Shown: in pieces, positions 16,256-25,693 of the stretch
Layout of the letters: the number at the start of each line of letters is the position of its first letter
Position numbering within the stretch: the first letter of the stretch is position 1
Assembly: GCF_964030745.1 (NCBI RefSeq)
Contig: NZ_OZ034918.1
Coordinates: 210,001-242,000, forward strand
Direction: 5' to 3'
Origin: Candidatus Saccharimonadota bacterium
GTDB lineage: Bacteria > Bacteroidota > Bacteroidia > Cytophagales > Amoebophilaceae
Length of the DNA: 32,000 nt
Made by a program: the position numbers and the translations under genes
Notes under the pieces: model-generated
The model's database searches: none
Told to the model about the DNA's origin: nothing
The model's input: only the letters and a program-made list of their open reading frames with translations

Positions 16256-16382
16256 TAGAAGATAAAATGATTAACTTAGCGCTTATGCTGCTTGCTGGCC
16301 CTACTGCGGCAATAAAACGATTGCTTCGCTACTTTTTTATCAAGCAAAAAGTAGCCTATCAATGCCTTACTTGAAAAACTGA

Positions 16383-17696
16383 ATGAAAAAAGTTGCTTTT
16401 CATACCTTAGGTTGTAAATTAAATTTTTCTGAGACCTCCGCGATTGGCCGATTGTTTACGGAAGCAGGATTTGTGACGGTAACCTTGGCACAACGTCCGC
16501 ATGTTTTTGTTTTAAATACTTGCTCTGTCACAGAAAATGCAGATCATAAATGCGCAAAGATTGTTAGGGAAGCACTAAAAGCTGCACCAGAGGCCTTTGT
16601 TATTGTAATAGGCTGCTATGCACAACTCAAGCCAGAAGAGATTGCAACGATACCAGGCGTGGATGCGGTATTCGGTACACATGAAAAGTTTAAACTGCTG
16701 GATTGGATTACCGATTGGCATAAAAAAAAATCAGACGAATTAGCCACCATACAAGTGGCCTCTATCAAAGAAAAGTTAACCTTCTCCCCTGCTTACTCTA
16801 TAGGAGACCGCACCAGGACTTTTCTGAAAGTACAGGATGGTTGTAGCTATGCCTGTACTTTTTGTACGATACCACTGGCTAGAGGCCCTAGCAGAAGTGC
16901 CACCATTACAGAAGTAGTCACACAAGCCCAAGTGATTGCTAAGCAAAATGTAAAAGAAATTGTTTTAACTGGCGTCAACCTAGGAGATTTTGGTATCATT
17001 GATGCCAAACGACAAACCAATTTTTTTGAGTTGATTCAAGCCTTAGATGCAGTAGAAGGGATAGAACGTTTTCGCATTTCCTCTATTGAGCCCAATTTGC
17101 TCCGCAAGGAGATTATAGATTTTGTCGCTGCCTCCAAACGCTTTGTTCCCCACTTCCATATTCCACTACAATCTGGTAGCGACAAGATTCTAAAACGCAT
17201 GCGCCGTCGCTACTTAACAACGCTCTACCAGGAACGTATAGCCCATATAAAAGCACAAATGCCTACTTGTTGCATAGGGGTAGATGTACTAGTTGGATTT
17301 CCAGGTGAAACAGAAGAAGATTTCTTAGAAACCTATCATTTTTTAAATGAATTGGCTATTGCCTATATACATGTATTTCCTTACTCAGAACGCGATAATA
17401 CAATAGCAGCTGGCATGACTGATGTAGTACCCCAAAAAGAACGGGTAAAACGGGCCAGAATGCTCCGGATCCTTTCGGACAAAAAGCTTAGACACTTTTA
17501 TAGCCAACACCTGGGTCATACTGCTACGGTTTTATTTGAATATGGTGCAGATGATGAGGTTATAGAAGGGTTTACGGAAAATTACATTCGGGTACAACTT
17601 CCCTATCAAGAACCATTAGCCAATAAACTCTGTAAAGTAATCCTGAAGGAAATAAATGAAGCAGGCATAGTGATTCCAGAACTACTACAGGTCTAA
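16383..17696 (+). CDS. mtaB: tRNA t6A37 methylthiotransferase MtaB (radical SAM, MiaB-like)
   Basis: The N-terminal UPF0004 region has conserved Cys (HTLGCKLNFSE, NTCSV, GCY). The radical-SAM motif is CSYACTFCTIP. The length and lack of a clear TRAM-rich C-terminal pattern fit MtaB better than MiaB. Confidence 0.85.
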   Translation: MKKVAFHTLGCKLNFSETSAIGRLFTEAGFVTVTLAQRPHVFVLNTCSVTENADHKCAKIVREALKAAPEAFVIVIGCYAQLKPEEIATIPGVDAVFGTHEKFKLLDWITDWHKKKSDELATIQVASIKEKLTFSPAYSIGDRTRTFLKVQDGCSYACTFCTIPLARGPSRSATITEVVTQAQVIAKQNVKEIVLTGVNLGDFGIIDAKRQTNFFELIQALDAVEGIERFRISSIEPNLLRKEIIDFVAASKRFVPHFHIPLQSGSDKILKRMRRRYLTTLYQERIAHIKAQMPTCCIGVDVLVGFPGETEEDFLETYHFLNELAIAYIHVFPYSERDNTIAAGMTDVVPQKERVKRARMLRILSDKKLRHFYSQHLGHTATVLFEYGADDEVIEGFTENYIRVQLPYQEPLANKLCKVILKEINEAGIVIPELLQV

Positions 17697-17976
17697 ACTG
17701 AGTCATTGACATGTATGCGTTTCAACGCTATGTTCGTAATAGTAAAATGCCAATATAAAAAGCTATTATATTGACATGCGCATCTTGTACAACCATCTTT
17801 TTTTATCCGTTTTTTGAGTCCATTATAAGCCCTTGCTTGTCCTTTATCCAACTATTTATTAAATTGCTTGCCTACTTATTTAACCAATTGCCAGGTATAA
17901 TTATAATCTCTAAATTTACAAACTTACAGCCATCACAAGCATATTTGCTTAGATTTCATCAAATATTAAAAGTAAC

Positions 17977-20232
17977 ATGGTCATCACAATGGAACCAGCT
18001 ATGCAGCCAGCCTATCTTGATGGGCTTAATGAAATGCAAAAAAAAGCGGTCATCCATACAGAAGGGCCATCAATTGTTGTGGCAGGTGCTGGCTCAGGCA
18101 AAACCAAAGTACTAACCGCCAGAATAGCCCATCTCCTTAAAGAAAAAAAAGCAACAGCTGATCAGATCCTTGCTTTAACCTTTACCAATAAGGCGGCTGG
18201 TGAAATGCGCCACCGTATAACCGACATAGTGGGCAATGAGGCCAAGGCAATATGGCTGGGCACTTTTCATAGTGTCTTTATGAAATTATTGCGGCGAGAA
18301 GCCAGCAGCTTGGGCTATCCCTCCCATTTTAGTGTTTACGACACAGATGATAGCAAATCACTCATCAAACAAATCACGAAAGCATTGGAGCTTGACGATA
18401 AGGTATATAAGCCAGGAGTGGTATTGGGGCGTATTTCTCATGCTAAAAATAGGTTGATCACGCCAGAGGCTTACGCAGCAGACCCAACCTATCAAAAGGA
18501 AGATAGCTATATGCGTATGCCAAGATTCAGTGAGATCTTTTTAAGATATGCCCGCCACTGTGTACAAGCTGGTGCAATGGATTTTGATGATTTACTCGTA
18601 CAAACCTATAAGTTGTTAAATGACCACCCTGCATTAAGTACAAAATACCAAGAACAATTTCGTTATCTATTGATTGATGAGTTTCAAGATACCAATTTGG
18701 TGCAATACCGTATTGCCAAAAAACTAGCGGCCCACCATCAGAATATCTGCGTAGTAGGAGATGATGCACAAAGCATTTATGCATTCAGAGGTGCAGATAT
18801 TCATAACATTCTGCATTTTGCTCATGACTACCCCAACCACCAAATGATCAAACTGGAACAAAACTACCGTTCTACAGGGCATATTGTAGATGTGGCCAAC
18901 CGTATCATTAGCCACAATGAAACGCAGCTCAAAAAAAAGGTTTGGACAGCCAATCCGCTAGGAGAACCGGTTCAAGTGTTCAGGGCCATGTCAGATATGG
19001 AGGAGAGTCGATTGGTAGTAGATAAAATGGTGGCAGAAAAACTAACAGCCCAATTACGCTATCGAGACTTTGCGATTCTATACCGTACCAATAACCAATC
19101 TCGTAATTTTGAAGAGGCATTACGTAAAAAAAACATTCCTTACCGCATCATAGGCGGCCTCTCTTTCTATCAACGAAAAGAGGTAAAAGACCTTTTAGCC
19201 TATTTGCGTTTTGTCGTAAACCATAATGATACAGAAGCTTTTAGAAGGATTATTAATTTCCCCAAACGGGGCATTGGACCCACTACTATTGAAAAAATAT
19301 TTTCTACTGCAGCCGAAAAAGCATGCCCCCTATGGTCGGTACTGCATCACCCGAATGATTTTTTAAGCGGCGCTGCTGCCACCGCTGTCTCCCGTTTTGT
19401 GACACTCATTGATACGGCTACTCTAAAACTAGCCAACGAAAATGCTTATACTATAGCCGCCTATATGGCCAAAGCATCTGGCCTGCTCAAGGAATTGCAT
19501 GAAGATAAAACGGTAGAAGGACTAACCCGCTATGAGCATATCCAAGAGCTGCTCAATAGCATCAAACAATTTGTAGACGATCCTGAAAATAATGATCCAA
19601 GCCTAGGTAGTTTTTTACAAGAAATCGCATTGCTGACCAGTGCAGATAAGAATGATCCAAATGAAGATGCAGTGACACTCATGACCATTCATGCTTCTAA
19701 AGGCTTAGAATTCAAATATGTATATCTTGTAGGCATGGAAGAAGAGCTCTTTCCCTCTGCTATGATGTTGGGCAGCAAAGCAGACTTAGAAGAAGAAAGG
19801 CGTCTCTTTTACGTAGCGGTTACCCGTGCACAACGCAAGTTAACCCTATCTCACGCGCTCAGCAGGTACCGATTTGGAAAATTAACCAACGTTCAGCCTA
19901 GTCGTTTTTTAAAAGAAATGGGAGGATATACAACCACTAAAACAACCGCTAAAACTTTTCTATCTGCTGCCCAGCCGATCCAAAAGCATAGAGCAAAGCC
20001 AAGCAGCTCTGTTAGACCACTTTCGAAACCTACTTCAGTTCATCAGCCTGCTACTGATCTAACTGCCCTACAAGTTGGCCACTCGGTGGCGCACCACCAC
20101 TTCGGTATAGGAAAAGTTTTGAAGTTAGTAGAAACTGAAGGTATGCGTAAAGCCATTATTCTTTTTCATAAATTTGGAGAAAAGACCCTCTTGCTAAACT
20201 ATGCAAAGTTAGAAATCTTATCTTCAACATAG
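17977..20232 (+). CDS. UvrD/PcrA/Rep-type ATP-dependent DNA helicase
   Basis: LNEMQKKAV, Walker A AGAGSGKT, LTFTNKAAGEM, DEFQDTN, GDDAQSIYAFRGA, LEQNYRS, TIHASKGLEF, and VAVTRAQ. Alternative starts are at 17989 and 18001. Confidence 0.9.
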   Translation: MVITMEPAMQPAYLDGLNEMQKKAVIHTEGPSIVVAGAGSGKTKVLTARIAHLLKEKKATADQILALTFTNKAAGEMRHRITDIVGNEAKAIWLGTFHSVFMKLLRREASSLGYPSHFSVYDTDDSKSLIKQITKALELDDKVYKPGVVLGRISHAKNRLITPEAYAADPTYQKEDSYMRMPRFSEIFLRYARHCVQAGAMDFDDLLVQTYKLLNDHPALSTKYQEQFRYLLIDEFQDTNLVQYRIAKKLAAHHQNICVVGDDAQSIYAFRGADIHNILHFAHDYPNHQMIKLEQNYRSTGHIVDVANRIISHNETQLKKKVWTANPLGEPVQVFRAMSDMEESRLVVDKMVAEKLTAQLRYRDFAILYRTNNQSRNFEEALRKKNIPYRIIGGLSFYQRKEVKDLLAYLRFVVNHNDTEAFRRIINFPKRGIGPTTIEKIFSTAAEKACPLWSVLHHPNDFLSGAAATAVSRFVTLIDTATLKLANENAYTIAAYMAKASGLLKELHEDKTVEGLTRYEHIQELLNSIKQFVDDPENNDPSLGSFLQEIALLTSADKNDPNEDAVTLMTIHASKGLEFKYVYLVGMEEELFPSAMMLGSKADLEEERRLFYVAVTRAQRKLTLSHALSRYRFGKLTNVQPSRFLKEMGGYTTTKTTAKTFLSAAQPIQKHRAKPSSSVRPLSKPTSVHQPATDLTALQVGHSVAHHHFGIGKVLKLVETEGMRKAIILFHKFGEKTLLLNYAKLEILSST

Positions 20233-20276
20233 AAGCTAACCAATATATATTTTATTAAATAACCCAATCACCCAAA

Positions 20277-20873
20277 ATGTACGACTATAATACAATTCGA
20301 TCGCCCTTAATGCTTAAAGAATATGGCAGAAACATACAAAAGCTTATGGAACAGCTTGCAACCATTGAAGACAAAGCCATTCGCACACAAAAAGCCTATG
20401 GTATTGTAAAGCTCATGGAAGTGGTCAATCCCAATGCTACATCACCACAAAAACGGTGGGATGATCTTTTCATACTATCGGACTACAAACTAGATATTGA
20501 TAGCCCTAACCCCAAACCTGCTAAGCGAGAAAATAGCCAACAGCAGTATGTACATATGCCCTTTATGCAGCTGATCAGATACAAATATTACGGAAGACAT
20601 ATGGAATCACTCCTCAAAAAAATAACTACCCTACCCACACTTAAAGAGCAAGAACAGCTGCTTATAGCAGTTGGGAAACTCATGCGTCGCTTTAGTAGCA
20701 CATGGAACAACGATTATATCAATAATGAAAGAATCATGCAAGACATCAAGCGAATGCTACCAGATGGTACAAGACTTGATGTAGAAATCATACGCACCCT
20801 GCCCGATGAAGGAGCAAATGGTCAAAAAGCTAGAAACAAACATTACCTAAAATCAAATAACAATAAAAAGTAG
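20277..20873 (+). CDS. DUF4290-like conserved hypothetical protein
   Basis: The N-terminus MYDYNTIRSPLMLKEYGRNIQKLMEQL, the size (~200 aa) and the position directly upstream of murA match my recollection of the Bacteroidota DUF4290 gene. The assignment is from memory of that family only. Confidence 0.6.
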   Translation: MYDYNTIRSPLMLKEYGRNIQKLMEQLATIEDKAIRTQKAYGIVKLMEVVNPNATSPQKRWDDLFILSDYKLDIDSPNPKPAKRENSQQQYVHMPFMQLIRYKYYGRHMESLLKKITTLPTLKEQEQLLIAVGKLMRRFSSTWNNDYINNERIMQDIKRMLPDGTRLDVEIIRTLPDEGANGQKARNKHYLKSNNNKK

Positions 20874-20963
20874 TCCAACTATAAGCGTGGCAAGTATAGG
20901 TCCTACAAATTCCTGACCATAAGCGAGCTTCAAAAGAAGCCTTATACAATTTAATTGCGACAG

Positions 20964-22268
20964 ATGAGTAAATTTATTGTCCATGGGGGACGCCAGTTAT
21001 CTGGTATTATCAAGCCACAAGGTTCCAAAAATGAAGCATTGCAGGTAATATGTGCCACCTTACTGACTGATACAGTAGTAACCCTACACAATCTTCCAGC
21101 TATTGCCGATGTTCAGAGTGTGATGAGGCTACTGACCCTTTTGGGGGTGGAAATTAGCCCATTGGGCAATGGAAGCTACCAATTTTGTGCTGCGCATCTC
21201 AAAGAAGATACGATGGTTACAGCAGCATTTCGTCAGGAATACACTAAAGTAAGGGGCTCTATTATGTTGCTGCCTTCCCTCCTCATCCGTTTCAAGAAAG
21301 TAGTTATAGCCAAACCTGGAGGAGATCGAATTGGACGCAGGGGCTTGCATGCCCATTTTGAAGGACTCACGCAACTAGGTGTGGCTTTTCACTACCAGGA
21401 GGGTCAAGCAACTTGGATGGTCTCCTGCAATGCATTGAAAGGAGCTGATGTACTGATGCCAGAAGCATCAGTAACGGCCACAGCTAATGTGATCATGGCT
21501 GCCAGCATGGCTCAAGGCAAAACCACTATTTACCCCGCAGCTTGTGAACCGCATATACAACAACTTTGCCATATGCTGGTGGCCATGGGTGCGCACATTA
21601 CAGGTATTGGTTCTAATCGCTTAACGATAGAGGGAGTGCCAACACTAGGCGGCACAACACATACCATTTTACCAGATATGTTGGAAATTGGCAGCTTTAT
21701 TGGGCTAGCCGCAGCCACCCAATCAACCCTAACCATTACAGATGTTCCTATTAAACTTTTTGCACCCGTTTGGTATTGTTTTGAAAAGTTGGGCATTCGT
21801 CTAGAAAAACAACATAACACATTGCATATTCCAGCGCAACCCTGCTATGCTATTCAAACAGAGATGGATGGAAACCTCGTAACCCTTTACGATGCAATTT
21901 GGCCAGGCATACCCGCTGATTTACTCAGTATTGCAGTAGTAACTGCCGTACATGCACAAGGCCATATTTTAATCCATCAGAAGATGTTTGAAAGCAGGCT
22001 CTTTTTTGTAGACCATTTGATTGAAATGGGGGCAAGACTGGTGTTGTGCGATCCACACAGAGTACATATAGTAGGCTTAGGTAATAGCCACAAGCTACGT
22101 GGCGTCCATATGAGTTCAAGTGATATTAGAGCAGGTATTGCGCTGTTAATTGCTGCACTAGCTGCAGAAGGAACCAGTATAATTGAAAACGTTGGTCAAA
22201 TTGATCGAGGCTATGAATGCATTGACCAACGCCTCAATGCCCTAGGTGCATCGATTGAAAGGGTTTAA
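20964..22268 (+). CDS. murA: UDP-N-acetylglucosamine 1-carboxyvinyltransferase
   Basis: FIVHGGRQLSGIIKPQGSKNEALQVICATLL, KPGGDRIGRRGL, ASVTATANVIMAA, IHQKMFESRLFFVDHLIEMGA and DIRAGIALLIAALAAEG are all MurA-like. The ATG at 20964 is preferred over the TTG at 20955. Confidence 0.95.
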   Translation: MSKFIVHGGRQLSGIIKPQGSKNEALQVICATLLTDTVVTLHNLPAIADVQSVMRLLTLLGVEISPLGNGSYQFCAAHLKEDTMVTAAFRQEYTKVRGSIMLLPSLLIRFKKVVIAKPGGDRIGRRGLHAHFEGLTQLGVAFHYQEGQATWMVSCNALKGADVLMPEASVTATANVIMAASMAQGKTTIYPAACEPHIQQLCHMLVAMGAHITGIGSNRLTIEGVPTLGGTTHTILPDMLEIGSFIGLAAATQSTLTITDVPIKLFAPVWYCFEKLGIRLEKQHNTLHIPAQPCYAIQTEMDGNLVTLYDAIWPGIPADLLSIAVVTAVHAQGHILIHQKMFESRLFFVDHLIEMGARLVLCDPHRVHIVGLGNSHKLRGVHMSSSDIRAGIALLIAALAAEGTSIIENVGQIDRGYECIDQRLNALGASIERV

Positions 22269-22378
22269 GTGTGTCAAAGTATACTTTTTAACCCTACTCC
22301 ACTTGCAAAGTTGCCATTATTGGTATTAAATTTAAAGCTTGCAGTAGTTGCATCATCCATCTACAAACAAATAATGCT

Positions 22379-25270
22379 ATGCAAATCGATTTAGTAATTG
22401 TAAGTTTATTCTTAGTATTAAACATCCTGATTGGTCTTTACCACGCTAAAGGCATCAAAACATTTAGGGACTATGCACTAGGCAATGAGTTGTCTACCTT
22501 TGTTATTGTTTGTTCCTTGGTCGCCAGCGTGGCGCATGTAGGCGTTTTAGGTGACATATCTGACTACTATTTTCTTGGCTTTAAAGACCTAGTAGCTTTC
22601 CTAATCCTTTTCTTAGCAACCTATTTGGGGGCCAGAGTACTCATAGTGCGTATGGCTGAGTTTTTAGGAGATTTTTCCATAGCGGAGTCTATTGGTAAGC
22701 TATATGGTCCCATAGTACGTAAAATCACAGCCGCTACCGTGGTGCTGGTTATGTTGGGTTTGGTCGTAGCACAACTTAAGGCTGTACTAGGAATTGTTCA
22801 TTTTACACTTTCAGATATGAAAGAAGACCTTACCCAGTGGCTTCCTATTGCTACAGGATTGGTGGTTATTCTATATGCAGCATTTGGTGGGGCCAGATCA
22901 ATTGCTATGACCGACGTTTTTCAATTTCTCTGTTTTGGGTGTACATTCCCTTTAATTGCTTTTTTATTACTGCGCTATGCTAAAATATCTCTTGCAGAGG
23001 GATGGACAGGCTTGAAACAACTCACACAGTTTACCGACTATAGGTATATATTTTCAACCCAATCACTAAAAGAATATTTCTTCTATGGGATTCGTGTATT
23101 ATTAGTTATTCTTGCGCCACTGTATATACAAAGACTATATATTTCCACATCGATGCCGAAAGCTAAAAAAGTCTTTACTAGTGGAGCGATCACACTTTTT
23201 TGTATCAGCCTATTGGTATTATGCATAGCCATCGCGTTGCATCTAGGGGGACATACCTTAAAAGGCAAACAAGATGTAATTAATTATCTAATTAACCTGA
23301 CCCAAATTCCAGGTATAAAAGCGATCATAATGATTACAGTCCTTGCCCTACTTATGTCCACGATTGACTCTGCTTTACATTTGTTATCAGTTGTTTTTGT
23401 CCATGATTTATTACCAACAACATCTTTTCAAGGAGCAAATGCATCCATTAAAAAGTTGAAAGCAGGTAGAATAGCCATTCTGCTGATTGGCATACTAGCC
23501 TTATATAGTGCACTAGCTTACAAGGGCAACATTTATAAACTTATCGCCAAAGGAACGGAAATATACATACCTGTTGTAAGCATTCCGTGGACCATGGCTA
23601 TTTTAGGCTTTAGACCCCACAGAACAGTTGTACTCATAGCTATGACTATCTCTGGCTGTTTTGTATTATACTCAAGATTTGTCCACACTTATACCTACCA
23701 CCAAGCCAATGTAAACCTAGCCATTGCTATGATGATTAGCTTTTGTACGCTTATTTTTGGCCATTATCTACTCCCAAAACATCCCAATACCGGCTGGATA
23801 GGGATCAAAGACCGTAGTCCGCTAGAGCTACAAAACCAGGAAACCAAGCGCTGGTGGTTAAGGTGTATAGCAGAATGTAAGGCTTTATCAACTAAAAAAT
23901 ATTGGGAAAGCCTTTTTCCAAAGCAGCATACTACTTTTATATCGCTGGGTATCTACTTAATCAGTAGTACATTTGTAGCCTTGTGGTGTATGGAGAAATC
24001 ATATTTTTTTACTTATAGCTATTGGTATATAGCTGTAATGGCTATTGGGACCCTCTTAGCCATTTATCCAGCTTTGCACTCCTATAAACCAGGAGGCAAC
24101 TCCATGCTACATAGTATATGGCCTGGGCTGTTATGGCTATTACTTTTTATTTCCTCAATACAGTTTGCAAAACTGGGTCACTTTAGCCCTATGGTTTGCG
24201 CACTGGTCATCACCAGCATAGGGCTGGGTATTGTCCTCTTATCATTCAAAATAGGAATTGGCATGCTGGTGCTAACCATACTGGTACATCGTCAATACAT
24301 CCCCCCTCATATTCCTTTTTGGCATCTATTTTGGTCCTATTATAACGAAATTTCTATAGAAATCATTTTTGCTGTAGCTACTGGAGTAGCCGCATTGATA
24401 GGCTTTAGCCTGTATACATGCCTACGTAATAGAGCAAATGTAAAACTTGGCGTTATAGCACTAGCTCGAAGCTACGAGCGCAAAGCAGCCCTAGAATCTA
24501 TCTATAGCCAAGTGAACTGGTCTAGGCTAGACCCTACCTATGGCAGCGAAATGTTACAAACCATTGGTGAAGCACTCAAAGCACCTTGTCAATACCTCTA
24601 TGCACAAGGGCAACAAAAGCTTGGAGACGATGTCAACAGCTTTATACAAAAACTCAGTGAATTCAGCAGCCTATTGCTACAAAGCGCCAAAGAAGCGTAC
24701 AGCCTAAAGCTTAATAAGCAGGCTATCCAACCAGTAGCCATTGAACCTATTATCTTAAAAGTACATAGTACCATTGGTACATTAGGGGAACCTATGCAAC
24801 TACTCTTGCGCAACCAAACAGAGGCAAAACAGTTGATAACAGATCCAGAGCTGTTTGAACGTTTTTTAACTATAAACTTATTGGCAACCAGTAAGAGTGA
24901 ACAAGCTACAGATCATATAGTTACCTTAACAATTATGGATACCATGCTCCGCTACCGTGATGCAAACGCTATACAAACGGACCAGCAAACCACTACCCTA
25001 CCTGCATTGGCCTTTTTTATCAGCACAGATACTAGCATACAACATGCACAGCCAATATATGATAGCACAGATGAAGCCACACTTGTTTACCTACCCAAAA
25101 CAGAACAACAGCTCTATCAAGCAGAAAGTAGACAAATTGTGCGGGCGCATGGTGGTTATATTGAAGTCATAGAAAATAAAGAGTACTTAACCGCTCTTTA
25201 CATATTACCTATAGCTGGGGAAACAGTCATGCATTTTAAAACTTATGACCCTACTGATCTAACTCAATAG
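22379..25270 (+). CDS. Multi-domain membrane protein, paralog 1: SSF (sodium:solute symporter)-like domain, second TM block, degenerate histidine-kinase-like C-terminal module
   Basis: 963 aa. Nucleotides 22379 to about 23775 show an SSF-like TM pattern, including YAAFGGARSIAMTDVFQF. A further ~5-6 hydrophobic helices span about 23900-24430. The cytoplasmic tail (24470-25250) has HK-like spacing (see findings). It is colinear with 27057-29880. Confidence 0.85.
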   Translation: MQIDLVIVSLFLVLNILIGLYHAKGIKTFRDYALGNELSTFVIVCSLVASVAHVGVLGDISDYYFLGFKDLVAFLILFLATYLGARVLIVRMAEFLGDFSIAESIGKLYGPIVRKITAATVVLVMLGLVVAQLKAVLGIVHFTLSDMKEDLTQWLPIATGLVVILYAAFGGARSIAMTDVFQFLCFGCTFPLIAFLLLRYAKISLAEGWTGLKQLTQFTDYRYIFSTQSLKEYFFYGIRVLLVILAPLYIQRLYISTSMPKAKKVFTSGAITLFCISLLVLCIAIALHLGGHTLKGKQDVINYLINLTQIPGIKAIIMITVLALLMSTIDSALHLLSVVFVHDLLPTTSFQGANASIKKLKAGRIAILLIGILALYSALAYKGNIYKLIAKGTEIYIPVVSIPWTMAILGFRPHRTVVLIAMTISGCFVLYSRFVHTYTYHQANVNLAIAMMISFCTLIFGHYLLPKHPNTGWIGIKDRSPLELQNQETKRWWLRCIAECKALSTKKYWESLFPKQHTTFISLGIYLISSTFVALWCMEKSYFFTYSYWYIAVMAIGTLLAIYPALHSYKPGGNSMLHSIWPGLLWLLLFISSIQFAKLGHFSPMVCALVITSIGLGIVLLSFKIGIGMLVLTILVHRQYIPPHIPFWHLFWSYYNEISIEIIFAVATGVAALIGFSLYTCLRNRANVKLGVIALARSYERKAALESIYSQVNWSRLDPTYGSEMLQTIGEALKAPCQYLYAQGQQKLGDDVNSFIQKLSEFSSLLLQSAKEAYSLKLNKQAIQPVAIEPIILKVHSTIGTLGEPMQLLLRNQTEAKQLITDPELFERFLTINLLATSKSEQATDHIVTLTIMDTMLRYRDANAIQTDQQTTTLPALAFFISTDTSIQHAQPIYDSTDEATLVYLPKTEQQLYQAESRQIVRAHGGYIEVIENKEYLTALYILPIAGETVMHFKTYDPTDLTQ

Positions 25271-25368
25271 AGCCAGCACCGCTACAAACCCAACCAAGCC
25301 AATTTGCTACGCATCGCATCTTCAAGAACATACCCCCCTACCGCTACTTTTTTATAGCAGAGAGATTT

Positions 25369-25618
25369 TGTATCTATTCACGTCACTGGTTAATAATGAA
25401 TTGTATTCCACTTTTTTCTTGATAAAAAAGTGGACAAAAAATCAAGCCCTCGGCAAAAAGTTCCGGAACCCACCCCTTACAGATGGAAAAACAGAAGTCG
25501 CCCGCTGCGCGGGCTTCAAAGGAATCTGTTTTTCCCAATCATCTGCAAGGGGTGGCTTCTATTTCGAAACTTTTTACAGGGGCATTTTATCACTATGGCC
25601 ATAGTGTTGAACAGATAC
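25369..25618. repeat. MITE family B, complete reference copy (250 bp)
   Basis: Termini are 'gtatctattcac' (25369-) and 'gttgaacagatac' (-25618), which are inverted. The hairpin ccactttttt/aaaaaagtgg lies at 25408-25433 and the central hairpin gcccgctgcgcgggc at 25500-25514. The flanking arms are 'ccccttacagatggaaaaacaga' / 'tctgtttttcccaatcatctgcaagggg'. Confidence 0.85.
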
Positions 25619-25693
25619 GAGATTTTTTTATAGTGCTGCTAGTCAAGTAAATAAATAAGAGTTAATAATTTTATTTTCAAAAAAAATAAAAAT

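Noticed and set aside
15993-16374. Small ORFs inside MITEs. Examples are 16024..16374, 16053..16238, 25368..25604, 25430..25633, 31072..31281, 31209..31481, 31614..31799, 31678..31881, 31533..31733, 9515..9748, 9615..9863, 4464..4769 and 6532..6726. Several share peptides such as KKWTKNQALGKKFRNPPLTDGKTEVARCAGFKG.
   Set aside because: The peptide similarity only reflects nucleotide repeats. Two overlapping frames, and the opposite strand, are open over the same DNA. The ORF ends differ from copy to copy, and the sequence is better explained as a long hairpin with terminal inverted repeats. I treat them as non-coding unless expression data say otherwise.
17771-18115. 114 aa ORF upstream of and overlapping the helicase gene
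   Set aside because: It has low-complexity hydrophobic composition, overlaps the well-supported uvrD/pcrA start region in another frame, and shows no recognisable motifs.
21300-21345. MurA has Asp (KPGGDRIGRRGL) at the position of the fosfomycin-targeted Cys115 of E. coli MurA
   Set aside because: Asp at this site is a known natural variant (e.g. in Chlamydia and Mycobacterium), and I believe it is common in Bacteroidota MurA. It predicts intrinsic fosfomycin insensitivity but is not novel.
3003-24813. Antisense or out-of-frame ORFs nested in long genes. Examples are 3003..3188, 3654..3896, 5729..5968, 5934..6233, 7167..7478, 7717..7947, 10544..10762, 10996..11277, 13365..13685, 15314..15502, 18527..18915, 21129..21374, 21530..21820, 21925..22119, 23083..23268, 24598..24813, 24957..25172 and 26211..26399.
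   Set aside because: Each is fully embedded in a longer ORF with clear family signatures. They are short, of odd composition, and expected by chance in AT-rich DNA.
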